Positions 50,370 through 64,000 of a stretch of 64,000 nt of DNA are shown here, piece by piece. The DNA is from Mobula hypostoma (taxonomy: Eukaryota): positions 138,944,001 to 139,008,000 of the forward strand of contig NC_086097.1 of NCBI RefSeq assembly GCF_963921235.1, read 5' to 3'. The translations under genes were made by a program, and so were the position numbers. Position 1 is the stretch's first letter. Every line of letters starts with the position of its first letter. A model generated the notes under the pieces. It saw only the letters and a program-made list of their open reading frames with translations, had not been told where the DNA came from and made no database searches.

Positions 50370-53300
50370 AAAAGTGCTCGCTGGACGAGAAGCTGCTGCT
50401 TCAGCTGCTCTAGGTTGTTTTTTTTCCTTCCCTTCTTTATATCTGCTCATTTAGGGCAGTAGAGATGTCAGGCAGGATAGTAGAATGTTCCTCTTGCGAG
50501 ATGTGGGAAGGCAGGGAGACCTCCAGTGTCCCCGATGACTACAACTGCGAGAAGTGCATCCAGTTGCAGCTTCTAAAAATCCGCGTGAAGGAGTTGGAGC
50601 GGAAGCTGGATGAACTCTGGATCATTCAGGGGGCTGAAGGAGTGATAGACAGGACATATAAGGTGCCAGTGCAGAGCACCCCTGTGGCCAAACCCCTCAA
50701 CAACAGGTATATCACTTTGGATACTGTTGGGTGTGGTTGACCTAACAGAGGAAAGTCACAGTGGTCAGGTCTCTGAGTGTGGCTCTGTGACACAGAAAGG
50801 AAGCAAGGGAGAAGAGGCATGCTGATGTGATAGGGGATTTGTTAGTTAGGGGAATGGACAGGAGGTCTTCTGGGCAAGAATGAGATTCCCAGGTGGTGCC
50901 AGGGCCCCTGGCATCTCGAATCGAGTCCTCAGCATTCTCAAGTGGGAGGGCAAACAGCCAGAGGACATGGTCCATGTAGGTACCAATGACATGGGTAGGA
51001 CGAGTGATGAGTTCTGCATTGGGAGTTCAGGGAGTTAGGTGCTGAGTTAAAGGGCAGGATCTCCAAGGTTGTGATCTCAGGATTGCTACCTGTGTCATGT
51101 GCTGGTGAGACCAGAACTAGGAATATAATACAATTTAATATGTGGCTAAGGAGTTGGTATTGAGCAAGGGCATGCGAGTTTTGGATTATGACTTCTCTTC
51201 CAGGGAATGTGGGACCTGTACAGATTGACGGTTTTCAGCTGAACTGGAGGGGGACTAATATCCATGCAGGAATGTTTGTTAATGCTTCATGGGCCAGGTT
51301 TAAACTGGAGCGCCAGACACTTGGTGGAGTTATTGTGGAGGCAGATGTTGCTAAGACCTCAAACAAAGTCAGGAATCAGAAGGTTGAGCATGGTGTGACT
51401 AGTGACCTGAGCTGCGTATATTTCGATACAAGAAGTATCATAGGAAAGGCAAATGAGCTCAGGACATGGATAACAGAATTAGTGAGACTTGATTGCAGGA
51501 CTGGTAGCTCAATATTCTGGGGTTCATTTGTATTAGATGTGACAGAGCAATAAGGATTAAAAGAGGAGGGATAGCATTGCTAGTCAGGGAAAATGTCACA
51601 GCAGCGCCCTGTCAGGACAGACCGGAGAACTCGACTAGTGAAGCGTTATGGGTGGAACTGAGAAATAAGAAAAGTATGACCATGTTAATGGGGCTACATT
51701 ACAGACCATCCAACAGTTCTAGGAATTTAGAGGAACAGATTTGTCAAGAGAACTCAGACTGTTGCAAGAAACATAAGGTTGTTAAAGTAGGTGATTTTAA
51801 CTTTCCACATATTGACTGAGAATCCCATACCATAAAAGGACTAGATGGGGTAGAATTTGTCAAATGTGTTCAGGAAAGTTTCCTTCATTAGTATGTCGAA
51901 GTCCCAACTAGAGAGCATGTGATACTGGATCTGCTTTTAGGAAATAAGACAGGGCAGGTGACAGAAGTTTGTGTAGGAGAACACTTTGCATCCAGTGACC
52001 ACAATGCCATTAGTTTCAAAGTAAATATGCAAAGAGATGGGTCTGATCTGTGGATTGAGATTCTAAATTGGAGAAAGGTCAGTTTTGATGGTATCAGAAA
52101 TTATCTGGCAAGTGTGGATTGGGACAGGCTGTTTTCTGGCAAAGATGTACTTGGAAAGTGGGAGGCTTTCAAAAACAAAATTTTGAGAGTACAAAGCTTG
52201 TAGGTGCCTGTCAGAATAAAAGATAAAGCAAACAAGTGTAAGGAACCTTGGTTTTCAAGAGATATTGAGAGAGACCCTGGTTAAGAGGAAAAAAGAGGAG
52301 GTGCATGGCAGGTATAGCATTTGGAACAAGTGAGGTGCTTACGGAGTGCAAGAAATGCAAAAGAACACTTAAGAAATCAGGAAGGCATGAGGTTGCTCTA
52401 GCAGATAAGATGAAGGAGAATCCTAAGAGATTCTATGGGTATGTTAAGAGCAAGGGACAAAACTGGTCCTCTGGAAGATCAGAAAGATAATCTGTGTGTG
52501 GAACCAAAACAGATGAGGGAGATCTTAAATGCATTCTTTGCATCTGTATTTACTTGGGAGATAGATACAGAGTCTATAGAGTGAGGCAAAGCGACATCAA
52601 CTTTATGGCTCCTGTAGATATTACAGAGGAGGAGGTGTTTGCTACCCTGAGGCAGATCAGGGTGAATAAGTCCCCAGGACCTGACAGGTGTTTCCTCAGA
52701 TCCCACAGGAGGCAAGTGCAGAAATTGCCGGGACCCTAGCAGAGATATTTGCAACATCCTTAGTGTCAGGTGAGGTACCAGAGACTTGAAGGATAGCCGA
52801 TGTTGTTCTGCTGTTTAAAAAAGGCTCTAAACAGAAACCAGGAAGATATAGGCCAGTGAGTCTGTCATCAGTTGTGGGAAAGTTATTGGAAGGTATTCTA
52901 AGTTATATCAACGACCTGGAGGATAATGTGGTGAACTGGATCAGCAAATTTGCAGATGGCACCAAGATTCGGAGTGTTGCAGACAGTGAGGAAGGCTATC
53001 ATAGCCTGAAGAGGGATCTGTATCAGCTGGAAAAATGGGCTGAGAAATGGCAGATGGAATTTAATGCAGGCAAGTGCAAGGTTTTTTACTTCAGTAGGAC
53101 CAACCAGAGTGGGTCTTACACAGTGAACGGTAGAGCACTGAGGGGTGTTGTAGAACAAAGGGATCTGGGAATAGAGGTACATAATTCATTGAACGTGGGG
53201 TAAGGGGTAGGTAATACTGTTAAGAAAGCTTTTGACACATTGGCTTTCATAAATCAATGTTTTAAGTACAGGAGTTGAGATGTTCAGCTGAAATTGCATA

Positions 53301-53869
53301 AGATGTTGGTGAGGCCGAATTTGGAGCATTGTATGCAGTTTTGGTCACCTACCTATAAAAAGGATGTAAACAAGGTTAAAAGAATAGAGAGAAAATTTAT
53401 AAATATGTTGCCAGGTCTGGAGGACCTGAGCTATAAGGGAAGATTGAATAGGTTAAGACTATATTCTTTAGAACGTAGAAGATTAAGAAGAGATTTGATA
53501 GAGGTATACAAACTCATGAGGAGTATAGATAGGGTAAATAGAAGCAGGCTTTTTCCACTGAGGTTGGTTGGGATGACAACCAGAGGTCATGGCTTAAGGG
53601 TGAAAGGTAAGAAGTTTAAGGAGAACAGGGGACGCTTCTTCACTCAGAGGCTTGTGAGAATGTGGAATGATCTGCCAGCACAAGTGGTCTATGCAAGCTC
53701 GATTTCAATATTTAAGAGAATTTTGGATAGGTACATGGACAGTAGGGATATGGCGGTCTATGGTCCTGGTGGAGGTTGTTGGGAGTAGGCAGTTTAAATG
53801 GTTTTTCGGCATGGACTAGATGGGCAGTAGGGCCTGCTTCTGTGCTGTAATTCTCTATGACTCTATGAC
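50370..53869 (+). mobile_element. Near full-length degenerate CR1 with an internal RT deletion at about 52902
   Basis: ORF1 zinc finger (CSSC..CEKC) and SGNH esterase relic (VHVGTND). ORF2 GDFN and SDHN. Junction GKLLEGILS|YINDL. Tail ctctatgactctatgac. Confidence 0.92.
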
Positions 53870-54067
53870 CTGGAAGTGACATTCCTGAGTTACTTCATCT
53901 TTTCTGTCACGTTTGTAGTCCATGTGAATTTTGTTATCTGCATTCATGTCCTCCCTTTGCAATTGAGAAACATGTCAAAAGCATGATATACAGTATGCTC
54001 ACTAGAGATCTGTGGATTTGAAAAATCAAACATTTCATTTTTTAAAAATGACGCAGTCATAATTGAT

Positions 54068-54720
54068 ATTAGATTAGATTATGAGGACACGCAGTCCTCT
54101 TTTACTGTCATTTACTAATGCATGCATTAAGAAATGATACAATGTTCCTCCAGAATGATATCACAGAAACACAAGACAAACCAAGACTAAAAAAACTGAC
54201 AAAAACCACATAATTATAACATATAGTTACAACAGTGCAAAGCAATACCGTAATTTGATAAAGAACAGACCATGAGCATGGTAAAAAAAAGTCTTAAAGT
54301 CTCTCGAAAGTCCCATCATCTCACACATATGGTAGAAGGAAGAGAAACTCTCTTCCTGCCATGAACCTCCAGCACCGCAAACTTGCCAATGCAGCATCCT
54401 GGAAGCACCCGACCACAGCCGACTCTTGAGTCCGTCCGAAAACTTCGAGCCTCCGACCAGCCCTCCGACACTGAGCACCATCTCTGCCGAGCGCTTCGAC
54501 CCCAGCCCCGGCAACAGGCAATAGGCAAAGCCGAGGATTTGGGGCCTTCCCCTCCGGAGATTCTCGATCACACAGTAGCAACAGCAACGAAGCAGGCATT
54601 TCAGAAGTTTCTCCAGATGTTCCTCTGTGCTTCTCATGTCTGTCTCTATCAAATCAGGATTGTGCATGGTACCTACTTAACAAATATGATATCATTTCGG
54701 AGTAGCCACGCGCGCTGCAT
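54068..54720 (-). mobile_element. Non-autonomous retroposon with (AATCT)n tail
   Basis: GC-rich head at about 54720, T-rich 3' region on the minus strand, tail attagattagatt. Confidence 0.6.
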
Positions 54721-55479
54721 CGATATATTGCATGTCTGAAAGGAATCCCTCACAGAAATCTCAGCGTTTGATGTCCAGCAGCTAGTCATAGAGTCACAGA
54801 GTTATACGGTGCAGAATCAGGCCTTTCAGACCAACGCGTCCATGCTGTCTAAGATGCCTACCTGAGCTAGTCCCATTTGACTGCATTTGGCGCATAACCC
54901 TTTAAACCTTCCCTTTCCATAAACTTTTCCAAATCTCTTTCTAATGTAATTATTATCATAGACCTAACAAGTAAATAATCTCTAACATTCAAAAACATCC
55001 ACCTCATTATCGTCTATTTTTTCCTAAATCACTGTAATTCCTTTAAAAATATAGATATATATATTTTAAGAAAAACAAGACTGCTTGACTTCCACCAATT
55101 AATTATTTTTTCGTGGACAGAATGTTCCTTCACCAGGGGCTGTTAATATTAAATTGATTAAATTGGCTTAGTGTTCTTGAGTTCCGTAAATGAGCAGCTA
55201 TGACCATTAAGGGACGCATTATCATTTGAAATGTGCCAGAGGCAGGGTTTTGTCCAGCGTTATACAACTGATTCACCTCCACCCCTCAACAACAATGATA
55301 TGGCACAATGATATTGTATGAGGTTGTTTTGGATCACTCCCAGAAATTGAACCATGTACTTCTAAGTGGGACTGCATCTGCCCAACAAATGAGCTCTGAG
55401 TTATACAGTTGTGCAATCACACAGGATGGAAAACAAGCTATTCGGTTTAATTGGTCCTTGCTGACAAAGATGCTCATCC

Positions 55480-55695
55480 AAGCTAGTTCCATATCTTTAA
55501 CCCTTTGTAACCATGTATCTGTCCTAGAGCCTTTTAATATTGTTGATATACAGTACATGGTTTAACCACTGCCTGTGGCAGTTCATTCTTTATCGTGACT
55601 AACTTCTGGGTGAAAGAGTTGCCCTTCAGGTTCCTATTAAATTTCCCACCTTTCCATTTAGTTCTTGATTCTATAACCCTGGGAAAAAGATTGCA
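55480..55695 (-). mobile_element. CR1 3' fragment continuous with the 66-bp array
   Basis: LFPRVIESRTK..NSFTQKLVTIKNELP. Confidence 0.8.
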
Positions 55696-56030
55696 CACAT
55701 TGACCCTATCTATACTCCTCATGATCTTATGCAATTTTATATGACCCCTCATTATTCTGCACACATTGTCCCTATCTATACTCCTCATGATCTTATACAA
55801 TTTTATATGACCCCTCATTATTCTGGACACATTGACCCTATCTATACTCCTCATGATCTTATGCAATTTTATATGACCCCTCATTATTCTGCACACATTG
55901 TCCCTATCTATACTCCTCATGATCTTATACAATTTTATATGACCCTTCATTATTCTGGACACATTGACCCTATCTATACTCCTCATGATCTTATACAATT
56001 TTATATGACCCCTCATTATTCTGGACACAT
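55696..56030. repeat. Tandem array, 5 x 66 bp, CR1-derived
   Basis: Units start at 55696, 55762, 55828, 55894 and 55960. Confidence 0.95.
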
Positions 56031-58564
56031 CGCTACTTTGTTTCCAGAGCCATAGAGGAGAAATTAGACTGCAGACCTGAGCAAAGATTGGCTGTCTCTC
56101 CTAGCACACTGCTGGGGTAGGACTATTGTAATTCATTTGTCCTCTGGGCCCACCCCTTTACACACGGATACAGAGTGCTCGAGGACTGCCTGACAATTCC
56201 ACAAGCTCAGTCCTTGACCTCTGATTAGTTTGGTAGTCGTAGTGATCTCCTGTTCCCTCTATTCCATGCCACCTTCACCAACTACTCTCCTTCACGGGTC
56301 TTCTGCCTCAGCAGAACACATCCGATGATGACCTAATTTTTACCTAATCATGTCCCTTTTGTCAAGTCAAGTTCAAGAAGAAAGTCACAGAGACACAAGC
56401 TGTTCACTGCATGGCAATAGTCTTTTCCCAATCTTTTTGAACAAAGATGCAATCCTTCATTAGCAAGATAAAATTTCAACTGTGCAATTAGAGCAATGAA
56501 TTTCTACCCTCTACACTTTAACTCCTTGTGTATAGCTGTATTTGTTGTAGGACAAACAGTTCTAGTCCTCTATAATCCCATCCCCTTATCTCTACTTCAA
56601 GCTCCAGTCCTCCTGCCGTAGCTTCCACAATCCCAGAACCAGACCTCCATCCTTCCAGACCATCTTCCAATCCAGGTAACACTTGCCTAATTATCTGATC
56701 CTTATTCCTGGCCACCAGGTCTCCATCACTCCCTAACTAGCCTTAGCTCCAAAATGAGCAGTGTCCCTTCAACTGAACCCTAGAATGTGGGCAGAAGTGG
56801 CTGCTACTGCCCCACGACAAAGGCAATTCAACACAGTGGAATATTTAGACTGTTCCAGACACTTGAAGGCATCCCAGCTGAGACTAGAGCACTCCAGTGT
56901 TGCACTGGTGGGTGCCATGTTCTGGAACTGATGTTAAAACGTAGGTCTTGTCAGTATTCACATGTGAAGTTTTGAAGCCCCTATCAGCAGAGTTATGCTC
57001 TCCGACACGTGCTGCTTACCTGGCAGAATGGTGAAAGCTCCTAAATGTCAGCATCAGTTTGGAGCACTTTCTCAAAGAAGTATCACAACGACCTTGTACG
57101 ATGACGCAGGCCAGGCCTTTAGAAGAAGGGGCAGCCCCCCTAGTGATCACCTTACCACCTGCTTTGTCCCAGCTCCAGCACCAGCCCAGTGGAGGGAAGA
57201 AATTATAAGAACATATTCAGACTGAAGCCCTTTTATTTTGGTTTATGCCCTAGGGAAATCTTAGGATTGAGGAAGGCTGGAAATGACTGAGGTAGATGAT
57301 CTGACCTGTTTTGATACCTCTCCATTCTATTCTTACCTTTCCATTAGTATACAATCAGTGAGATTTATCCATCCTGACACCGCTGTAGGGTGGAAATGTA
57401 TCAGCACTAAAGCACGGTCACAATTCACCACTGACTAATTTCATTACTGGCAATGTGACTTCCCTAAACAGATATCCACAAAGGTTCTTCCCACTGTTTG
57501 TAGATGGGGTCATCCATGTTGAAAACCACAGTCCAGCCTCTATTCCTCTACCAGCGATGATCACCTCTCATCACAGATTTACTTGTACCTCCTCCAAAAG
57601 CCTCAGTATTCTAAGTGGTGCTGTTTCTCTTTTGTAATTTTACCATCATGTGCTGTGATATTGATAATTAAGTGATGCCTTTTATTTGTATGACTGCAGG
57701 AAGATTGGAAGGAAACAGTTCATACCCATCTTTCAGTTTTTACCCATGACACAAGTTTCTGTGATAAATTTCAGAGAGAAAGGAAATCGGCCGCAGAGGT
57801 GTAAGACGATAAGCTGACCTCACTGTAAGGGCTTGGCTGACAGAGATTTCAAAAACATATTAAATTTTTGTTAAAAAAAAAGCTTCTGAAAGAGATTGAA
57901 GGAAATGACGTAGCTAGTCAAGTTTTGGTGAATTATTCTACTAAATCTGCAGCTAATTGGCAGAGGTAATATTATGAAACAATGAGTCTAATGTGGTCAG
58001 CATCAGAGGTATAAAGAGAGGCAGGGGAGGGGTATGCTAGGCTAGATTACTTAGATTTTGACATCCCCTCCAGCTGGAGAATGTGATAAAGTGAATCCTC
58101 TAGTTACTTCCTATATGACCTTGAGTATAACCTGATTATTATTAATAACAATGGAATGAAACTGTTATGATTGCATATCTATAATGATTAATGTTCTTGC
58201 AAACAACAGTAATGGCTGTTTATGTGTGGTTGTAGATGGTAATCATTATCAGAGTGCATTTAATTCCCATGAAGGTTAATAAATGCCTCCCAATCCTGTA
58301 ATTTTGTCTGTAAATATGGAACTGGAAATGTGAATTCTCTAACATTAGTCTTTCTCTAGTTAGTGCTTGTAGCTGGTGATTCTAGATTCACTTGCTAAGT
58401 GACGGGTGTGCAGGGAGAGAATGGTTCCTGAAATCCAGGGGAAGAGGGGTGATACAGTGTAAGGGAGGCCTACAGGAGCAAGCAGCCTAACTCCTGGCTG
58501 AGCTCCCTTCCTGACAGTTCTGCTGCCTTTCATCTTTACTTCAGAGTCGCAGTTGCCCCTCAGC

Positions 58565-58730
58565 CCCACGTTAGGTTAAGATTAAAATTCTCATTCTTGC
58601 TTTCAAATCTCTCCTCGGCCTGGCCTTTTCTTTGCTCAGTAACCCCTGCCCTACAACACTCCATCTTCTTTTAATTCTGGCTCTTTGACCAGTTCCATAT
58701 TCAACAACTGTGTCTTCAGCTGTCCATCAG
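58565..58730 (+). mobile_element. Ancient L2 3' relic
   Basis: KILILAFKSLLGLA-like translation. Confidence 0.5.
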
Positions 58731-60081
58731 AATACTCCTCCTGTATGAGAGCTAAACCAGACAGGATGTTTTATGATCTCCATTAATCGATGTTTGAAGG
58801 ACATTCACCCTAAGGGAGATGAAATAAGTCCCCTGAACTTGAACCTTAATCACACAGGTAATTTCTCTGTGCTTTAGTGGTATAACTCAGGAAAACCAGA
58901 CATCAATGAGCAGCAATGAATGTTTTAAGACATCATTATTAACTTTGGGAAATAATTTCCTCAGTGTAGACTGATTTATGAATTAGACACGCCCAGTACA
59001 CACCAGAACCCTATAATGATAATTTCATAGGGCTCAGCTCATTTTGTTTTTGTTGTTGGTTTCCTGGTTACTGATCTGGTATCACTGCTGTCTCACAGCA
59101 TGATCAGCTTTAGGTGATGAATTTCTACAATTCCTGTGGAGCTTCTAGAATACATTACAGGAGCAGAGTGTAGCAATAAATTACCAAATGTACATTCAAT
59201 TTGCCAGTACCGTGAATACTTGCTTTCTCTAACACAAACACTCCCATACCCACGCCATTGTAGTTACGAACCCCTACACCATGTCCCATCCTGAACTCAT
59301 TCCCCACCTCTCAATCTGTACCCTGTCCCTTTACCTTCAACCCACTCCACCACCCACACCTCATTCCCTACTTCCTACCTTCTGAGTGTGCGGGTGACGG
59401 TGAGGAGTGAAAATTTGACTGAAACATTCATTATGTGTGATGTGGGAATGCTGAAACTGCCTATGAAATCATGGCATTGTTTTCAGTGTTGGCCTGAAAA
59501 TGTTCATTCTGTACAAAGCCTGTGCTACTGTAGGGTAAATTAAATTCAGCAATCTGTTCCCAACCTGCAGAATTCAGTTTTAAACTATTACAGCCGTCCT
59601 TGGTGTTTTGTTAACTTTATCATAAAGCAATCATCCTGCAGCCTCCTCACAGGTGGATCAACTTACTGAAGAAAAATGAAACATGCACAATTTTTTTGGA
59701 ACTAATGTAATCTAGTGCACTGGCAGCAGTAAGACAGACAACCCCGTTATGGGATTAATACTGACGTCCCTGTATCTTGTAATGAAGCAGCAAAAACTTC
59801 TGGGGAATCGCCCCAAGAGCAAATTCTGCTGCTCAGATTTTATCTGACTCCAGAGAGCAATGAGTTTCTGTCAAAGTTTTGTAATGAAGCAGGAAATTCA
59901 CCAATGCACATATTGACCCACTTTCCCAGAAATGTTGACCATTAAATTTACCTGATATTAGAAACAATTAGGGATACAGTATATTCACTGACAATCATGA
60001 TGCAGGACTGACTAAGGGGTGGTACTGATAGAGCACCAGATCTCAGAAGGTCAGTACGGAGTGTCTCACTGGTGGCAGAGC

Positions 60082-61514
60082 AGGACAGAGAGTGCTGCAC
60101 ATCAGGGTGACAGTAGGGACAGTACAGAGAGTGCTGTGCCGGGGGGGGGGGGTGACAGTAGGGACAGTACAGAGAGTGCTGCACATCAGGGTGACAGTAG
60201 GGACAGTACAGAGAGTGCTGCACCAGAGGGGTGACAGTAGGGACAGTACAGAGAGTGCTGTGCCGGGGGGGGGGTGACAGTAGGGACAGTACAGAGAGTG
60301 CTGCGCCAGAGGGGTGACAGTAGGGACAGTACAGAGAGTGCTGCACATCAGGGTGACAGTAGGGACAGTACAGAGAGTTCTGTGCCGGGGGGGGGGGGTG
60401 ACAGTAGGGACAGTACAGAGAGTGCTGTGCCAGAGGGGTGACAGTAGGGACAGCACAGGGAGTGCTGCGCCAGAGGGGTGACAGTAGGGACAGTACAGAG
60501 AGTGCTGCACCATCAGGGTGACAGTAGGGACAGTACAGAGAGTGCTGCACATCAGGGTGACAGTAGGGACAGTACAGAGAGTGCTGTGCCGGGGGGGTGA
60601 CAGTAGGGACAGTACAGAGAGTGCTGAACATCAGGGTGACAGTAGGGATAGTACAGAGAGTGCTGCACATCAGGGTGACAGTAGGGACAGTACAGAGAGT
60701 GCTGCACCATCAGGGTGACAGTTGGGACAGTACAGAGAGTGCTGCACATCAGGGTGACAGTAGGGACAGTACAGAGAGTGCTGTGCCAGAGGGGTGACAG
60801 TAGGGACAGTACAGAGAGTGCTGTGCCGGGGGGGTGACAGTAGGGACAGTACAGAGAGTGCTGCACATCAGGGTGACAGTAGGGACAGTACAGAGAGTGC
60901 TGTGCCAGAGGGGTGACAGTAGGGACAGTACAGAGAGTGCTGCACATCAGGGTGACAGTAGGGACAGTACAGAGAGTGCTGCACATCAGGGTGACAGTAG
61001 GGACAGTACAGAGAGTGCTGTGCCAGAGGGGTGACAGTAGGGACAGTACAGAGAGTGCTGCACATCAGGGTGACAGTAGGGACAGTACAGAGAGTGCTGT
61101 GCCAGAGGGGTGACAGTAGGGACAGTACAGAGAGTGCTGCACATCAGGGTGACAGTAGGGACAGTACAGAGAGTGCTGTGCCAGAGGGGTGACAGTAGGG
61201 ACAGTACAGAGAGTGCTGAACATCAGGGTGACAGTAGGGACAGTACAGAGAGTGCTGCACCATCAGGGTGACAGTAGGGACAGTACAGAGAGTGCTGCAC
61301 CATCAGGGTGACAGTTGGGACAGTACAGAGAGTGCTGCACATCAGGGTGACAGTAGGGATAGTACAGAGAGTGCTGCACCATCAGGGTGACAGTTGGGAC
61401 AGTACAGAGAGTGCTGCACATCAGGGTGACAGTAGGGACAGTACAGAGAGTGCTGTGCCGGGGGGGTGACAGTAGGGACAGTACAGAGAGTGCTGTGCCA
61501 GAGGGGTGACAGTA
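60082..61514. repeat. 39-40-bp variant-repeat minisatellite (about 36 units)
   Basis: Constant 32-mer GGGTGACAGTAGGGACAGTACAGAGAGTGCTG plus a short variable linker. Confidence 0.97.
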
Positions 61515-61740
61515 CTGAAGCAGTGTTGCACTGTGTTTGGGAGGGTTGGTACTGAGGGAGTGCTGCAGAACTGTAAGTGTTGTCCGTTTCAATGAGACGT
61601 TAAATCAACGCTTCATCTGCTCTCTCGGGTAAGAGCTATCATTTGAACTGCACAGAGATAAGCGCTGAGCAAGATCCATCACTGAAGCAATGTTACTGAA
61701 CTAATCTGTAGAATCTGTTGGTATTAATAGGGCTCCGAAA
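61510..61740 (+). mobile_element. Deu-domain SINE relic adjoining the minisatellite
   Basis: gtactgagggagtgctgca...gtttcaatgagacgttaaa...tctgctctctcgggt resembles the DeuSINE core as I recall it. Confidence 0.55.
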
Positions 61741-64000
61741 CACCCTATGGCACTGTACCATCCCAGATTTCTTTTAAATTCTACTCCTGCCTGTAGATTG
61801 AGAATTGTGAATTGGCTCTCTCCCACTCTACATCATCTTGTCAGTCCCAGTGTCACCAGCAGCTCTTCTTCAATGTGGGAATGTGAGGCACATCATTGGA
61901 GAGTGCCTAATCCATATACTTCAGGTTTATAAAATGAATCATTTCCCCTCCACTAATGTATCAATTCAGATCAACAATAGTTTATTTCAGTGACCTTGGC
62001 TGGATTAGTAGATGTGACACGTTCAGTGTCAGTGGAAAGAAGTGTCTTTCCACAGAGAAACGCTATCTTAAATGAGTGTTGGTGTGTGGGAGGAAGATAT
62101 TAACGTAACACAAGGAAAGCAGAAATTCTCCTCTGGTGCTGACAGGGGAAGGGGCCTGGAACTTCTCTGACAGAGCCAAACAGAAAACAATAAAACACAT
62201 CTTGCTGGAGCATCAAAGCGCTTACCATGCACACCATTACTAAACTTGCTGAGTGGTTTGCACGTTAAGCAATGCAGATACAACAAGTAGTATTGCTTTG
62301 GAGCTTGCAGTCAAATTATTCTGCTGAACAGTTTCCTCAGCAGAAATAACCCCTTCACCTCAACATCATCATTATTTTGGATTTTTTAATTAACTATCAC
62401 ATTATCTCACCAGATAGTGGCAGTGCCCCTAATTAACAGCACAAGGTCTCTTGTACCAATGGAATGTTATGTCCACCAAACTCAAGTTCAACTGATCAGT
62501 CTATTATTACATATTTTAATGCAGCAAAATTTTTTAAAAATGTATTTTTCCTTTCTGCCTCTAAATATGACCTCTACATCCTCCTGGTTCACCATCTTTC
62601 TCCATGAAGTCGGTGTCTACAATATTCAGAGTCACACTGCAGTCTCACTTAAGTAGGAGATTGTGTGTACATTGTGTGAAGAAAAGGTGCCTTTGAATAT
62701 TTTAGGAAAGACATGTTTGAAGTGCAATCACTGTTTCAATGTAGGACAGATAGTAGGTAGGCTTTGCACACTCAGCTGAACAACAATGTTCACTGATGAT
62801 GACTGAAGATTAGCCTATCTCCAGGCTCCTCAATGGTATCGTAACATCCATCGAAGAGCCAGAACTAGAGACCCTCCTCACCAAGTTTTGACTCCAAAGC
62901 CCACAGTCACAGTCACAGCCAACAGGAATGTCAGCATTTTCAGAAATATATTATTCTCAGTCAATGTTCCCTTGACAACATTATGATGTCAGGCAAATCA
63001 TATCTTGGTCTTCTATTGGCAAATATACAAGCCATGAGATAATCCAGTAACCCATTCACCCAAGTAGGGTGACAGCTTATGCCATGCTCTGAATGTAGTG
63101 ATGTACTAACACATCAGGCAGGGAATGACGTCTGTTTCTTCCAACCTACATAATTGCCCTATGCATTGCGACTCAACAATTGCACTGAATTTGTATCTCT
63201 GTATAGTCGCATTCCAAATAAATTCCTTCTCCAAGAATGTGGTGCTAACACACTAGACAGCAGACATTGCCATTTGGTGGAAGGGGTAACACTAGTCAGC
63301 ATGTTGAAATTGCTCTCTCCCATTGCACATGAGGCTCAGCACTTTTTTCAAAATTCTAGCGTAGTTGAGATTGATGTTTTATGCACATGAACGAAGGATT
63401 TCAGTGATGTGCACAGTCTGAAAGAGTTTGGAAATATTTAGCAGCAGGTTCCCAATTATGATAAAGAAATGGTTTTGATAGGACATGCCTCTGTTTGCTC
63501 ATTATAACACCTCCTCGGAGTGAAGAGATCTTTGTTATTTTATGGCCAAAAACACAAACCTGTTTTTCTCCAGTGTCTTTGGTAACTTCAGTATGTCCCT
63601 GAGCATTTCACAGCTGAAAACAGCAACCACCTTCATGCAGTGGTTAATTAAAGCACAACAAGCATGCGGTAAATTTTGGATCCAATACACAGCTGAAAAC
63701 TGCCTTGTTCTCCTTCAATAGACTAACTAACTTCTCACTGAAGGGTCTTTGGTAAAACAGAATGATATACAGTTTATCAGCTCACTTGCATTATAGCTTT
63801 AAGCATACTTTTCCTGACCACTGAGATTAATTGTACTCATCCTCCACCCACTGCTTTCAAAATCTCCATGTACCTTCTGTTACTTTCATTAACTCCACAC
63901 TCCTTATATTCTCTCCACTTTTATTTTATACCTTAGGCAAACATTTTTTGTTGAAAAGTAAGAAGCAGCTTTTATACCAAAGGTAGAAAACTGCATTTAC

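Noticed and set aside
55534..56055. Repeat proteins from ORFs on both strands
   Set aside because: Translation of the 66-bp CR1-derived array.
60082..61514. CRISPR-like look (constant repeat plus variable spacer)
   Set aside because: Linkers are only about 7-14 nt and recur many times. There are no cas genes and the context is vertebrate.
59948..61592. ORFs with repeated CPYCH (CxxCH, heme- or zinc-like) motifs
   Set aside because: These are translations of a 39-40-bp minisatellite whose frame shifts between units. There is no gene structure.

Overview
Eukaryotic, repeat-dominated vertebrate DNA. The repeat families point to a cartilaginous fish, probably a ray; this is inferred, not shown. 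I recognise no host protein-coding gene. Main contents: (1) a full-length but inactivated L1-clade LINE (40038-49239, 10-bp TSD) that sits inside a Rex/Babar tail and carries nested CR1 and RTE pieces; (2) several CR1 LINEs, two near full length; (3) Rex1/Babar and Tx1 fragments; (4) two solo LTRs with TSDs, a small hAT MITE, and V-SINE/Deu-SINE relics; (5) three tandem arrays: a degenerate 16-bp GGT satellite, a 66-bp CR1-derived array and a 39-40-bp variant-repeat minisatellite. The most interesting signal is a family of short Penelope-like remnants. At least eight carry a 38-nt minimal type I hammerhead ribozyme motif (consensus CAGUC-CUGAUGA-AGGGUCUCGGCCC-GAAA-CG-UC-GACUG), some in fold-back arrangements with their own TSDs. 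The unique sequence has AT-rich blocks that look like conserved non-coding elements, and the left end is CpG-rich, as expected next to a developmental locus. All family assignments come from reading motifs by eye; no database search was run.
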